Both the position numbers and the translations under genes were made by a program. This document shows positions 15,549 through 23,624 of a DNA stretch of 32,000 nt, piece after piece (position 1 is the first letter of the stretch; each line of letters begins with the position of its first letter). Below the pieces are notes generated by a model. That model saw only the letters and a program-made list of their open reading frames with translations. It ran no database searches and was not told the DNA's origin. Location: the NCBI RefSeq assembly GCF_000025925.1, contig NC_014033.1, positions 60,001 to 92,000 on the forward strand. Direction: 5' to 3'. Source of the stretch: Xylanibacter ruminicola 23. GTDB taxonomy: Bacteria; Bacteroidota; Bacteroidia; Bacteroidales; Bacteroidaceae.

Positions 15549-17465
15549 TTACTTTACCTCCTCAAAGTCGGCGTCCTGGATGTCCTCAGCCTTTGGACCT
15601 TCCTGCTGGGCCTGCTGCTGACCGCCCTGGAACTGATCGCCACCAGGCTGACCGGCTGCACCGCTCTGCTGGTACATCTGCTGCGAAGCAGTCTGCCAAG
15701 CAGTGTTCAGGGCTGCGATAGCTGTGTCGATAGCAGCTACGTCGCCTGCCTTGTGGGCATCCTTAAGCTGCTGCAGAGCCTGCTCGATAGCTGGCTTGTG
15801 CTGTGCAGGGATCTTATCGCCAAGCTCCTTCAGCTGATTCTCGGTCTGGAAAATCATAGAGTCGGCCTGGTTCAGCTTGTCAATGCGCTCGCGCTCCTTC
15901 TTATCGTTCTCTGCATTCTGCTCAGCCTCGGCCTTCATGCGGTTGATCTCGTCCTGTGACAGACCAGATGAAGCCTCGATGCGGATGGCCTGCTCCTTAC
16001 CTGTAGCCTTATCCTTGGCAGATACCTTGAGGATACCGTTGGCATCGATATCGAAGGTTACCTCGATCTGAGGAATACCACGGCGTGCAGGAGCGATACC
16101 TGTGAGGTTGAACTGACCGATTGACTTGTTCTGTGAAGCCATTGGACGCTCACCCTGCAGAACGTGGATAGTTACCTCGGTCTGGTTATCAGCTGCAGTA
16201 GAGAATGTCTCGCTCTTCTTGCAAGGGATAGTGGTGTTAGCCTCGATCAGCTTGGTCATTACGCCACCCATGGTCTCGATACCCAGTGTAAGAGGAGTAA
16301 CGTCGAGCAGTACGATGTCGCCTACGCCACCTTCCTTGTTCAGGATAGCACCCTGGATTGATGCACCTACGGCTACAACCTCGTCGGGGTTAACACCCTT
16401 TGAAGGCTCCTTACCGAAGTAGTTCTTAACCAGAGTCTGAACAGCTGGGATACGGCTTGAACCACCTACCAGGATTACCTCGTCGATATCAGCTGTGTTC
16501 AGCTTAGCATCGGCCATAGCCTTCTGACATGGAGCCAGACAAGCCTGGATGAGGTCGTGAGCCAGCTGCTCGAACTTAGCACGGGTAAGAGTCTTAACCA
16601 AGTGCTTAGGTACACCTGCTACAGGCATGATGTAAGGCAGGTTAATCTCGGTGCTTGTAGAAGAAGACAGCTCGATCTTAGCCTTCTCGGCAGCCTCCTT
16701 CAGGCGCTGCATAGCCATAGGATCGGCAGTCAGGTCGGCACCCTCGTCGTTCTTGAACTCCTGTACCAGCCAGTCGATGATAACCTGGTCGAAGTCGTCA
16801 CCACCCAGGTGAGTATCACCATTGGTAGAGAGTACCTCGAATACGCCGCCACCGAACTCCAGAATAGAGATATCGAATGTACCACCACCCAAGTCGAATA
16901 CGGCAATCTTCATATCCTTGTTAGCTTTGTCAACACCGTAAGCCAGAGCTGCGGCTGTAGGCTCGTTTACGATACGCTTTACGTCGAGACCGGCAATCTG
17001 ACCAGCCTCCTTAGTAGCCTGACGCTGAGAATCAGAGAAGTAAGCAGGTACGGTGATAACAGCCTCGGTAACCTCCTGACCCAGATAGTCCTCTGCAGTC
17101 TTCTTCATCTTCTGCAGAACCATAGCAGAAATCTCCTGTGGAGTGTACTTACGACCGTTGATGTCAACACGTGGGTAGCCACCCTCGTTAACTACAGTAT
17201 ATGGTACACGACCAATCTCTTTCTCGGTCTGCTGCCAATTCTCACCCATGAAACGCTTAATAGAGTAAACAGTGTTCTTAGGATTAGTGATGGCCTGACG
17301 CTTAGCAGGGTCACCGATCTTACGCTCACCGTTATCAACAAAACCAACTACTGAAGGTGTTGTACGCTTACCCTCGCTGTTGGCAATTACTACTGGCTCG
17401 TTACCCTCGAATACGGCAACACAGCTGTTGGTAGTTCCTAAATCGATTCCAATAATCTTTCCCAT
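15549..17465 (-). CDS. dnaK: molecular chaperone DnaK (Hsp70)
   Basis: [21 protein letters not shown]..., [12 protein letters not shown] and [14 protein letters not shown] are all present. Length is 638 aa with a Gln/Gly-rich tail ending in EEVK. Confidence 0.98.
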   Translation of the reverse strand: MGKIIGIDLGTTNSCVAVFEGNEPVVIANSEGKRTTPSVVGFVDNGERKIGDPAKRQAITNPKNTVYSIKRFMGENWQQTEKEIGRVPYTVVNEGGYPRVDINGRKYTPQEISAMVLQKMKKTAEDYLGQEVTEAVITVPAYFSDSQRQATKEAGQIAGLDVKRIVNEPTAAALAYGVDKANKDMKIAVFDLGGGTFDISILEFGGGVFEVLSTNGDTHLGGDDFDQVIIDWLVQEFKNDEGADLTADPMAMQRLKEAAEKAKIELSSSTSTEINLPYIMPVAGVPKHLVKTLTRAKFEQLAHDLIQACLAPCQKAMADAKLNTADIDEVILVGGSSRIPAVQTLVKNYFGKEPSKGVNPDEVVAVGASIQGAILNKEGGVGDIVLLDVTPLTLGIETMGGVMTKLIEANTTIPCKKSETFSTAADNQTEVTIHVLQGERPMASQNKSIGQFNLTGIAPARRGIPQIEVTFDIDANGILKVSAKDKATGKEQAIRIEASSGLSQDEINRMKAEAEQNAENDKKERERIDKLNQADSMIFQTENQLKELGDKIPAQHKPAIEQALQQLKDAHKAGDVAAIDTAIAALNTAWQTASQQMYQQSGAAGQPGGDQFQGGQQQAQQEGPKAEDIQDADFEEVK

Positions 17466-17606
17466 AATTCTTATATTTTTTTAATTTATACTCAATTTGT
17501 CACAATCGGGAGTGCAAAGCATGTGCCAAAATGTCCTTTTATGATAAAAATGTTTTTTATTACGTCATTTTGGCACAAAATATTTGGATATTCATCCGAA
17601 AAAGTC

Positions 17607-17614
17607 TATCTTTG
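17607..17614 (+). promoter_or_regulatory. candidate -7 box (TAtcTTTG) for the 17646 gene
   Basis: TATCTTTGCA lies 32 nt upstream of the ATG at 17646. Confidence 0.45.
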
Positions 17615-17645
17615 CACACAGAATTCTATATTAAAACAATCGGTC

Positions 17646-19046
17646 ATGATGAAAAAAACGTTTTTAACTGCCTGTATGGCGTTTGCCTTTATGGCAGCCT
17701 CGGCTCAGACCAACTCTTATATTGTAAAGACTAAGGGCGCTACCAAGAGTGCTCAGAATCATATGGCAGACGAGATTGCCGAAGCGATGGAGGAGGATGA
17801 GGAGAGTGCTAAGGACTTCATCAGCCAGAACTTCCGCTTCCACAGTTTGTGCGATTGGGAGGAAGGTATGAAGTTTATGGTGATGCCTGATAAGTACGAC
17901 CTGGTGGTGAAAACTTTTACTGAAACTGCCACGGGCAAGAATGTGAGCAATCTCACATTGAAGTATAAAATCATGATCTATAAAGGCCATTCGGAGAGTA
18001 AGGATGGTCATGCCCTGATTAACTTCCAGTGTCAGGATGATGGCAAATCCTATTATTACGAGATAGATTACGGCACCTTTGAGGACTATTGCTTCCAGAA
18101 AACGGGTGTGCCCACATTGGCCTATCTGGGCGATGTGGATATTGCCAAGGAGAAGCTGATGGATAAGATGCTGTACACCAAGACCAAGCTTTACCGTATG
18201 GATACCGAGTATGATGGCGAGGGCTATCAGGAGGTGCTGGTTGACCAGGATATGGTGGTTAAGGTAGTGGCTGTAGGTGTTGGCTCGCGTAATTTCCCTG
18301 TTAAAATCGTGGTCGAGGATAAGGATGGCAACCAGTTCTATCAGAACGTAACGATGTCGAGAACCAACTGTGGACTGCGCGACGATGAGTTGGCAGGTGA
18401 AGATGCTCGATTCTTGTTTAATAACTCGTTTGAGTTGCAGGACGACATCATGTCAATCAGCAGTCGTAACTACAAGCTGTTTATTGGTAAGGTGGTACAC
18501 ACCAAGATTCCTGTAAAGATGCTGAACGAGGTTACCAGCAAGCAGCAGGCAATACCACGTTTGGCTGAGTACAAGATTGAATCGATTACGCCCCACAAGA
18601 GCGATAATATGGCTACCGTTAAGCTGAAGAATACCACCCTTGGTACCTACTTCTATTCCGAGTGCTTCCTTGATCAGTATCAGAGCGAGGCTCATCCCGA
18701 TCAGTTCTTCGGTTTGATATTTGCTCCTGGTCCTGGTAAGAAGGTTGTAACCAGCGAAGCCAGTCGTGCTATGATTCGTGCCGGACACGTAGGTGTCGGT
18801 ATGAGCGAGGACGAGGTTCAGATGGCAGCTGGTGAGCCCGATAAGGTCGAGCCCGGACAGGGTGGACAGTACTTCTGGGTGTTTAACCGCTCGAACGATA
18901 AACTGCTGTATGTAGAGTTCGACGGAACGGGTGTGGTTAAGAAAACCAGCGTAAAGGATATGAACGAAGGCACTGGTAAGAAAAAGAAGAAGCCTCAGCC
19001 AGTAAAGGGTTGGATGGGTGGTAAAGCCGATCCAACAGCCGAATAA
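17646..19046 (+). CDS. secreted protein of unknown function with a possible SmpA/OmlA (BamE)-like C-terminal module and a Lys-rich tail
   Basis: The internal ATG at 17646 gives the signal peptide MMKKTFLTACMAFAFMAASAQ. The longer track ORF from 17523 lacks any start context. The C-terminal GMSEDEVQMAAGEPDKVEPGQGGQYFWVF resembles BamE-like folds, and the protein ends GTGKKKKKPQPVKGW... No confident family was recognised. Confidence 0.6.
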   Translation: MMKKTFLTACMAFAFMAASAQTNSYIVKTKGATKSAQNHMADEIAEAMEEDEESAKDFISQNFRFHSLCDWEEGMKFMVMPDKYDLVVKTFTETATGKNVSNLTLKYKIMIYKGHSESKDGHALINFQCQDDGKSYYYEIDYGTFEDYCFQKTGVPTLAYLGDVDIAKEKLMDKMLYTKTKLYRMDTEYDGEGYQEVLVDQDMVVKVVAVGVGSRNFPVKIVVEDKDGNQFYQNVTMSRTNCGLRDDELAGEDARFLFNNSFELQDDIMSISSRNYKLFIGKVVHTKIPVKMLNEVTSKQQAIPRLAEYKIESITPHKSDNMATVKLKNTTLGTYFYSECFLDQYQSEAHPDQFFGLIFAPGPGKKVVTSEASRAMIRAGHVGVGMSEDEVQMAAGEPDKVEPGQGGQYFWVFNRSNDKLLYVEFDGTGVVKKTSVKDMNEGTGKKKKKPQPVKGWMGGKADPTAE

Positions 19047-19085
19047 ACAATTATCCCAGCCAAGCGGCTGGGATAATTGTTTTTA
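19047..19085. terminator. bidirectional terminator between the 17646 gene and recA
   Basis: The sequence is ACAATTATCCCAGCC-aagc-GGCTGGGATAATTGT, a 15-bp perfect stem (19047-19061 / 19066-19080) followed by TTTTT. The A-rich left flank would serve the opposite strand. Confidence 0.85.
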
Positions 19086-20108
19086 TTATTTCTTGTCAGC
19101 GATAGCTTCCATAATCTTTGCTTCGAGTTCCTCGCAAAGCTCTGGATTATCCTTGAGCAGCGCTTTTACTGCATCACGGCCCTGAGCCAACTTCGAGTCG
19201 CCATAGCTGAACCATGAACCACTCTTCTTGATAATCTCGTACTCAACACCCAGATCTACAATCTCGCCAATCTTTGAGATGCCCTCGCCAAAGGTAATCT
19301 CGAATTCGGCCTTGCGGAATGGGGGAGCTACCTTATTCTTAATCACCTTTACGCGTACCTGGTTACCAATGATGTTGTCGCCATCCTTAATGGCAGTAAC
19401 CTTGCGGATATCCAGACGTACTGAAGCGTAGAACTTCAGGGCGTTACCACCTGTGGTAGTTTCGGGGTTACCGAACATTACACCAATCTTCTCACGCAAC
19501 TGGTTGATGAAGATACAGGTAGTGTTAGTCTTCGAGATGGTTGAGGTGAGCTTGCGGAGTGCCTGGCTCATCAGACGGGCCTGCAGACCAACTGCAGAAT
19601 CACCCATATCGCCCTCAATCTCCTTCTTAGGAGTCAGAGCGGCTACAGAGTCGATGACGATGATATCGATAGCACTCGAACGAATCAACTGGTCGGCAAT
19701 CTCCAGAGCCTGCTCACCATTATCGGGCTGTGAGATATAGAGGTTCTCTACATCAACACCCAGGTGGGCTGCATAGAAACGGTCGAAAGCATGCTCGGCA
19801 TCGATGAAAGCGGCAATACCACCATTCTTCTGGCACTCGGCAATAGCGTGGATGGCCAGTGTGGTTTTACCTGACGACTCGGGACCATATATCTCGATGA
19901 TACGACCTTTGGGGTAGCCACCTACACCTAAGGCTGCATTCAAACCTATCGAACCTGTTGGGATAACTTCTACATTATCTATCTGCTCGTCTCCCATGCG
20001 CATAATCGAGCCCTTACCATAGTCTTTCTCAATCTTCGACATGGCGGCCTGAAGCGCTTTCAACTTCTCCTGCTGAGGCGACAAGGCCTCATCTTTTTCT
20101 TTTGCCAT
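19086..20108 (-). CDS. recA: recombinase RecA
   Basis: The Walker A motif is [28 protein letters not shown] and the [35 protein letters not shown] block are all present, at 340 aa. Confidence 0.98.
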
Positions 20109-20148
20109 AGTTAGTTATACTATTTGATGAGTTATTATTTATAATTGA

Positions 20149-21387
20149 TTATAATTCCAAGTCGCCATCGTGGATCTCATGCCAAGGCAGACCCTGCTTG
20201 TTGAGCTGCTCCATGAATGGATCGGGATCGAACTCCTCTACGTTGTGAACGCCTGGGGTGTTCCAAAGACCCTTGCAGAACATCATGGCACCAATCATCG
20301 CTGGTACACCTGTGGTATAGCTAACACCCTGCATACCGGTCTCCTCGTAGGCGGCACGGTGGCTGCAGTTGTTGTATACATAATAGGTGTGCTCCTTGCC
20401 ATCGTTGCCAATACCACGGATGCGGCAGCCGATAGAGGTTTGTCCCTCGTAGTTCTCGCCAAGATCCTGTGGGTTAGGCAGCACAGCCTTCAGGAACTGC
20501 AGAGGTACAATTTTTACCTTGGCAGTACCAGTACCATCGGCCAATGGTGCCTCGTATTCTACCTCGTCGATACGGCTCATGCCAATGTTCTGAATCACCT
20601 CGAGGTGCTTCAGATACTGCTGACCGAAGGTCATCCAGAAACGTGCACGCTTGATGGTGGGGTAGTTGATAACCAGACTCTCGATTTCCTCGTGGTGCAG
20701 CAGGTAGCTGTCGCGAGGACCGATCTCTGGATAGGTAAGATCCTTGTGAATCTCCAGAGGCTCAGTCTCAACCCACTTGCCATCTTCCCAGTACAGTCCC
20801 TTCTGGGTAATCTCGCGGATATTGATCTCTGGGTTGAAGTTGGTAGCGAAAGCCTTGTGGTGGTCGCCAGCGTTACAGTCAACAATATCCAGATACTGAA
20901 TCTCCTTGAAGTGATGCTTGGCAGCATAAGCGGTGTAGATTGAAGTAACACCTGGGTCGAAACCGCAGCCCAAGATAGCTGTCAGTCCTGCCTTCTCAAA
21001 GCGCTCGCGATAAGCCCACTGCCATGAGTACTCAAAGTGAGCCTCGTCCTTTGGCTCGTAGTTGGCTGTATCGAGATAGTTGCAACCGCAAGCCAAGCAA
21101 GCATCCATAATAGTCAGGTCCTGATAGGGCAGGGCCAGGTTGATAACCAGCTCGGGCTTGAAATCGTTGAACAGCACCTTGAGCTGCTCTACATCATCTG
21201 CATCAACCTGAGCGGTCTTAATATCCATTTTATATCCAGCCTTGTGGATATCCTCCACAATTTTATCACACTTAGCCTTACGGCGACTAGCAATCATAAA
21301 CTCTGTAAACACGTCAGCGTTCTGAGCAATCTTAAACGCTGCAACGGTAGCCACGCCACCAGCGCCAATCATTAATACTTTTGCCAT
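20149..21387 (-). CDS. saccharopine dehydrogenase family protein, most likely carboxynorspermidine dehydrogenase/synthase (polyamine biosynthesis)
   Basis: The protein has the MAKVLMIGAGGVATVAAFKIA Rossmann start, plus the LDTANYEP and FATNFNPEINIRE blocks that I associate with CANSDH. Length is 412 aa. Confidence 0.78.
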   Translation of the reverse strand: MAKVLMIGAGGVATVAAFKIAQNADVFTEFMIASRRKAKCDKIVEDIHKAGYKMDIKTAQVDADDVEQLKVLFNDFKPELVINLALPYQDLTIMDACLACGCNYLDTANYEPKDEAHFEYSWQWAYRERFEKAGLTAILGCGFDPGVTSIYTAYAAKHHFKEIQYLDIVDCNAGDHHKAFATNFNPEINIREITQKGLYWEDGKWVETEPLEIHKDLTYPEIGPRDSYLLHHEEIESLVINYPTIKRARFWMTFGQQYLKHLEVIQNIGMSRIDEVEYEAPLADGTGTAKVKIVPLQFLKAVLPNPQDLGENYEGQTSIGCRIRGIGNDGKEHTYYVYNNCSHRAAYEETGMQGVSYTTGVPAMIGAMMFCKGLWNTPGVHNVEEFDPDPFMEQLNKQGLPWHEIHDGDLEL

Positions 21388-21400
21388 AGTCCTATAATTT

Positions 21401-21457
21401 TTAATGTTTAATTTCTTAATGTTTAATGTTTAATTTTTAATCTTTAATCTTTAATCT
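21401..21457 (-). repeat. eight tandem AT-rich heptamers (coding strand ANATTAA) at the junction of the hypothetical gene and the CANSDH gene
   Basis: The minus strand reads AGATTAA AGATTAA AGATTAA AAATTAA ACATTAA ACATTAA g AAATTAA ACATTAA. The array starts in the last codons of the upstream gene (GAG ATT AAA GAT TAA). It ends 13 nt before the ATG at 21387, or 6 nt if the degenerate AAATTAT unit at 21394-21400 is counted. Confidence 0.85.
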
Positions 21458-22049
21458 CGTCGGCTTTGATACCGAGTGCTGCCATCAGCGAGTAGCCTAA
21501 GATTTCCTGACGATAGTTGCCGCCTGTTTGTGGCTGCATGCTGAACACGGTGATGCGCTTGTCATCATCGTCGGCATGGCGCAACGTCTCGCGTACCTTA
21601 TTATATATAGAGGCATCTTCGGCATTAGGAATCACCATCAGGCGCTTAATGTTCTTCTGGGCGCAAACCAGTTCGAGTACCTCGCAAAAGAAATCGCCAG
21701 TCTTGGCAAACTCTTCGGGCTGGTAGGCATTGATGGTAAACTCGCCCAGATGATCCTTGAATGCCTTTTCGCTCAAGTCGTTAGCATAGTTTCCTGGTAC
21801 GAAGTTTTTCATCTGCTGCTGGTCCTTCTGGTGAATCAGGATTACCTGTATATCGTTCTCACCCTCTCTCACGCCGCCATCGAGTGCCACGCAGTCAAGC
21901 CACTTGGCGATATCTGCCTGTGGAATGCGTCTTCCAATCATGCGCTCGAAGTTAACAATGAGATTAAATGCCACAGTGTCAACGTAGTCTGCATCTACCA
22001 GTACCACGTTGTCACTCCACTTTACTTCATTATTCAGTTCGTTGTTCAT
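21444..22049 (-). CDS. conserved hypothetical protein
   Basis: The ATG at 22049 gives MNNELNNEVKWSDNVVLVDADYVDTVAFNLIVNFERMIGRRIP... (201 aa). The track start at 22088 would begin upstream of the likely promoter. No family was recognised with confidence. The VVLVDADYVD start is vaguely reminiscent of PIN/NYN-like folds, which is speculative. Confidence 0.55.
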   Translation of the reverse strand: MNNELNNEVKWSDNVVLVDADYVDTVAFNLIVNFERMIGRRIPQADIAKWLDCVALDGGVREGENDIQVILIHQKDQQQMKNFVPGNYANDLSEKAFKDHLGEFTINAYQPEEFAKTGDFFCEVLELVCAQKNIKRLMVIPNAEDASIYNKVRETLRHADDDDKRITVFSMQPQTGGNYRQEILGYSLMAALGIKADEIKD

Positions 22050-22057
22050 ATGGAGTG

Positions 22058-22065
22058 CAAATATA
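22058..22065 (-). promoter_or_regulatory. candidate -7 box (TAtaTTTG) immediately upstream of the 22049 start
   Basis: The minus strand reads TATATTTGCACTCCAT ATG, so the box ends only 8 nt before the ATG. This would imply a leaderless or very short-leader mRNA. Confidence 0.35.
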
Positions 22066-22177
22066 CAAACTTTTTCGCTAAGCAACAAACTTTTCGGGTT
22101 TTATTTGGTATTCTTCTCACTTATTATTACCTCTGAGCTTCGCTCTAAGGTACTTCCGTTCGAGAAAACTCAAATAA

Positions 22178-22211
22178 TATTTGGTTTTCTTCTCACTTAT
22201 TCGTACCTTTG
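22178..22211 (+). promoter_or_regulatory. candidate nhaD promoter module (-33 TTG at 22181-22183, -7 TAccTTTG at 22204-22211)
   Basis: TATTTGGTTTTCTTCTCACTTATTCGTACCTTTG has a 20-nt spacer between TTG and TAccTTTG. The box ends 43 nt upstream of the ATG at 22255. A degenerate copy lies at 22102-22135. Confidence 0.5.
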
Positions 22212-22254
22212 CAGCCAAATTCAAAACAATAATTAAAAAGTATTCTAAACAAAA

Positions 22255-23586
22255 ATGTCAACATTAACAATTTTGATTGTCGTTGTGTTCTGTATAGGCT
22301 ATCTTTGTATAGCTCTTGAGAGCCTGACAAAAGTAAATAAAGCGGCTATTGCGCTGCTGATGTGTGTGCTGTGCTGGACACTGCTTATGCTCGATCCAAT
22401 GTCGTATTATCCCAGCTTACTGGGCAGTGATGTGATGCACCACATATCCGAAGTTATCGAACATCATTTGGGCGATGCCGCAGGTACCTTGTTCTTCCTG
22501 ATGGGTGCCATGACCATCGTAGAGATTGTAGACTCAAACGGTGGTTTTAACTTTGTTCGCGATGCCATAAAGACACGCTCTAAGCGTAAGCTGATGTGGC
22601 GAATGGCCTTTATGACCTTCTTCCTTTCAGCTATTCTTGATAACCTAACAACATCTATCGTGATGATTATGGTGCTGCGTAAGTTGGTTCAGAGTCGTAA
22701 CGACCGATTGATCTATGCAGCTCTGGTTGTTATCTCGGCTAACTCGGGAGGCGCATTCTCGCCTATTGGCGATGTAACCACCATCATGCTTTGGATTAAG
22801 GGCGTTATTACTACTCAGGGTGTGCTGACCGAAATCTTTATCCCATCGCTGATTTCTATGCTGGTACCTGCCTTTATCCTGCAGTATCAGTTGGAAGGCA
22901 AGTTTGATAAGGAGCAGAATCTGCCAAAGGCCGATGTCAGTACCTTTACCAAGTCGCAGCGCGACATCATCTTCTGGCTGGGTGTAGGCGGTCTGTGCTT
23001 TGTGCCCATCTTCAAGACGATTACTCATCTGCCTCCATTCATGGGCATCCTGCTTGTTCTGGGTCTGCTTTGGACAGTTACAGAGATCTTCCACTACAGT
23101 GCTTCGGATGATGACACCATGGCCAAGCGTGTAAGCGATCTGCTGTCGCGTATCGACCTGTCTACCATTATGTTCTTCCTGGGAATCCTGATGGCTGTAG
23201 CCGTACTGCAGGAGGTTGGCGTACTCACCATGCTGGGTGGCGTACTTGATACCACTTTCGAGGGTAATCACTTCCTGGTAACAGGTATTATCGGTGTGCT
23301 CTCGTCGATTGTTGATAATGTGCCTCTGGTAGCCGGATGTATGGGTATGTATCCTGTGGCTGCTACTGGCGATATGGCTATCGATGGTATCTTCTGGCAG
23401 TTGCTGGCCTACTGTGCTGGTGTGGGCGGTTCAATGCTTATCATCGGATCGGCTGCTGGCGTGGTTGTGATGGGCCTCGAGAAGATTACCTTTGGCTGGT
23501 ATATGAAGAAGATTACCTGGGTGGCTTTTGTGGGCTATCTGGCAGGTATTCTTACTTACTGGGTTGAAAGAGCATTGTTCTTCTAA
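22255..23586 (+). CDS. nhaD: NhaD-type Na+/H+ antiporter (ArsB/NhaD permease superfamily)
   Basis: The protein is polytopic and 443 aa long. It has the FFLSAILDNLTTSIVM and ANSGGAFSPIGDVTTIMLW blocks characteristic of NhaD. Confidence 0.85.
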   Translation: MSTLTILIVVVFCIGYLCIALESLTKVNKAAIALLMCVLCWTLLMLDPMSYYPSLLGSDVMHHISEVIEHHLGDAAGTLFFLMGAMTIVEIVDSNGGFNFVRDAIKTRSKRKLMWRMAFMTFFLSAILDNLTTSIVMIMVLRKLVQSRNDRLIYAALVVISANSGGAFSPIGDVTTIMLWIKGVITTQGVLTEIFIPSLISMLVPAFILQYQLEGKFDKEQNLPKADVSTFTKSQRDIIFWLGVGGLCFVPIFKTITHLPPFMGILLVLGLLWTVTEIFHYSASDDDTMAKRVSDLLSRIDLSTIMFFLGILMAVAVLQEVGVLTMLGGVLDTTFEGNHFLVTGIIGVLSSIVDNVPLVAGCMGMYPVAATGDMAIDGIFWQLLAYCAGVGGSMLIIGSAAGVVVMGLEKITFGWYMKKITWVAFVGYLAGILTYWVERALFF

Positions 23587-23591
23587 ATAAT

Positions 23592-23624
23592 AAGCCCTCG
23601 CTAAATGGCGAGGGCTTTTTTTTA
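23592..23624. terminator. bidirectional terminator between nhaD and the last histidine kinase gene
   Basis: The sequence is AGCCCTCGC-taaatg-GCGAGGGCT (23593-23601 / 23608-23616), followed by TTTTTTTT. The T-run overlaps the stop codon of the minus-strand kinase gene (23622-23624). Confidence 0.85.

Noticed and set aside
16557-17354. 265-aa ORF antisense to dnaK, plus the smaller antisense ORFs at 15753-16422
   Set aside because: They are embedded in the highly conserved dnaK gene and have no motifs, so they are shadow ORFs.
17510-17518. CIRCE-like heat-shock operator upstream of dnaK (minus strand TTTGCACTC versus consensus TTAGCACTC)
   Set aside because: Only the left half-site matches, at 8/9. 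The expected right half after a 9-nt spacer reads ACAAATTGA, which matches GAGTGCTAA at 2/9. The match is more simply explained as part of a TTTG-containing -7 promoter box.
20170-20943. 257-aa ORF antisense to the saccharopine/carboxynorspermidine dehydrogenase gene
   Set aside because: It is a shadow ORF opposite a confident gene, with no start context or motifs.
22009-22236. 75-aa plus-strand ORF in the divergent promoter region upstream of nhaD, and the overlapping 21528-22136 ORF
   Set aside because: It covers the duplicated promoter module and runs antisense to the start of the hypothetical gene. The product is Phe/Leu/Ser-rich and low in complexity, which is consistent with AT-rich non-coding DNA.
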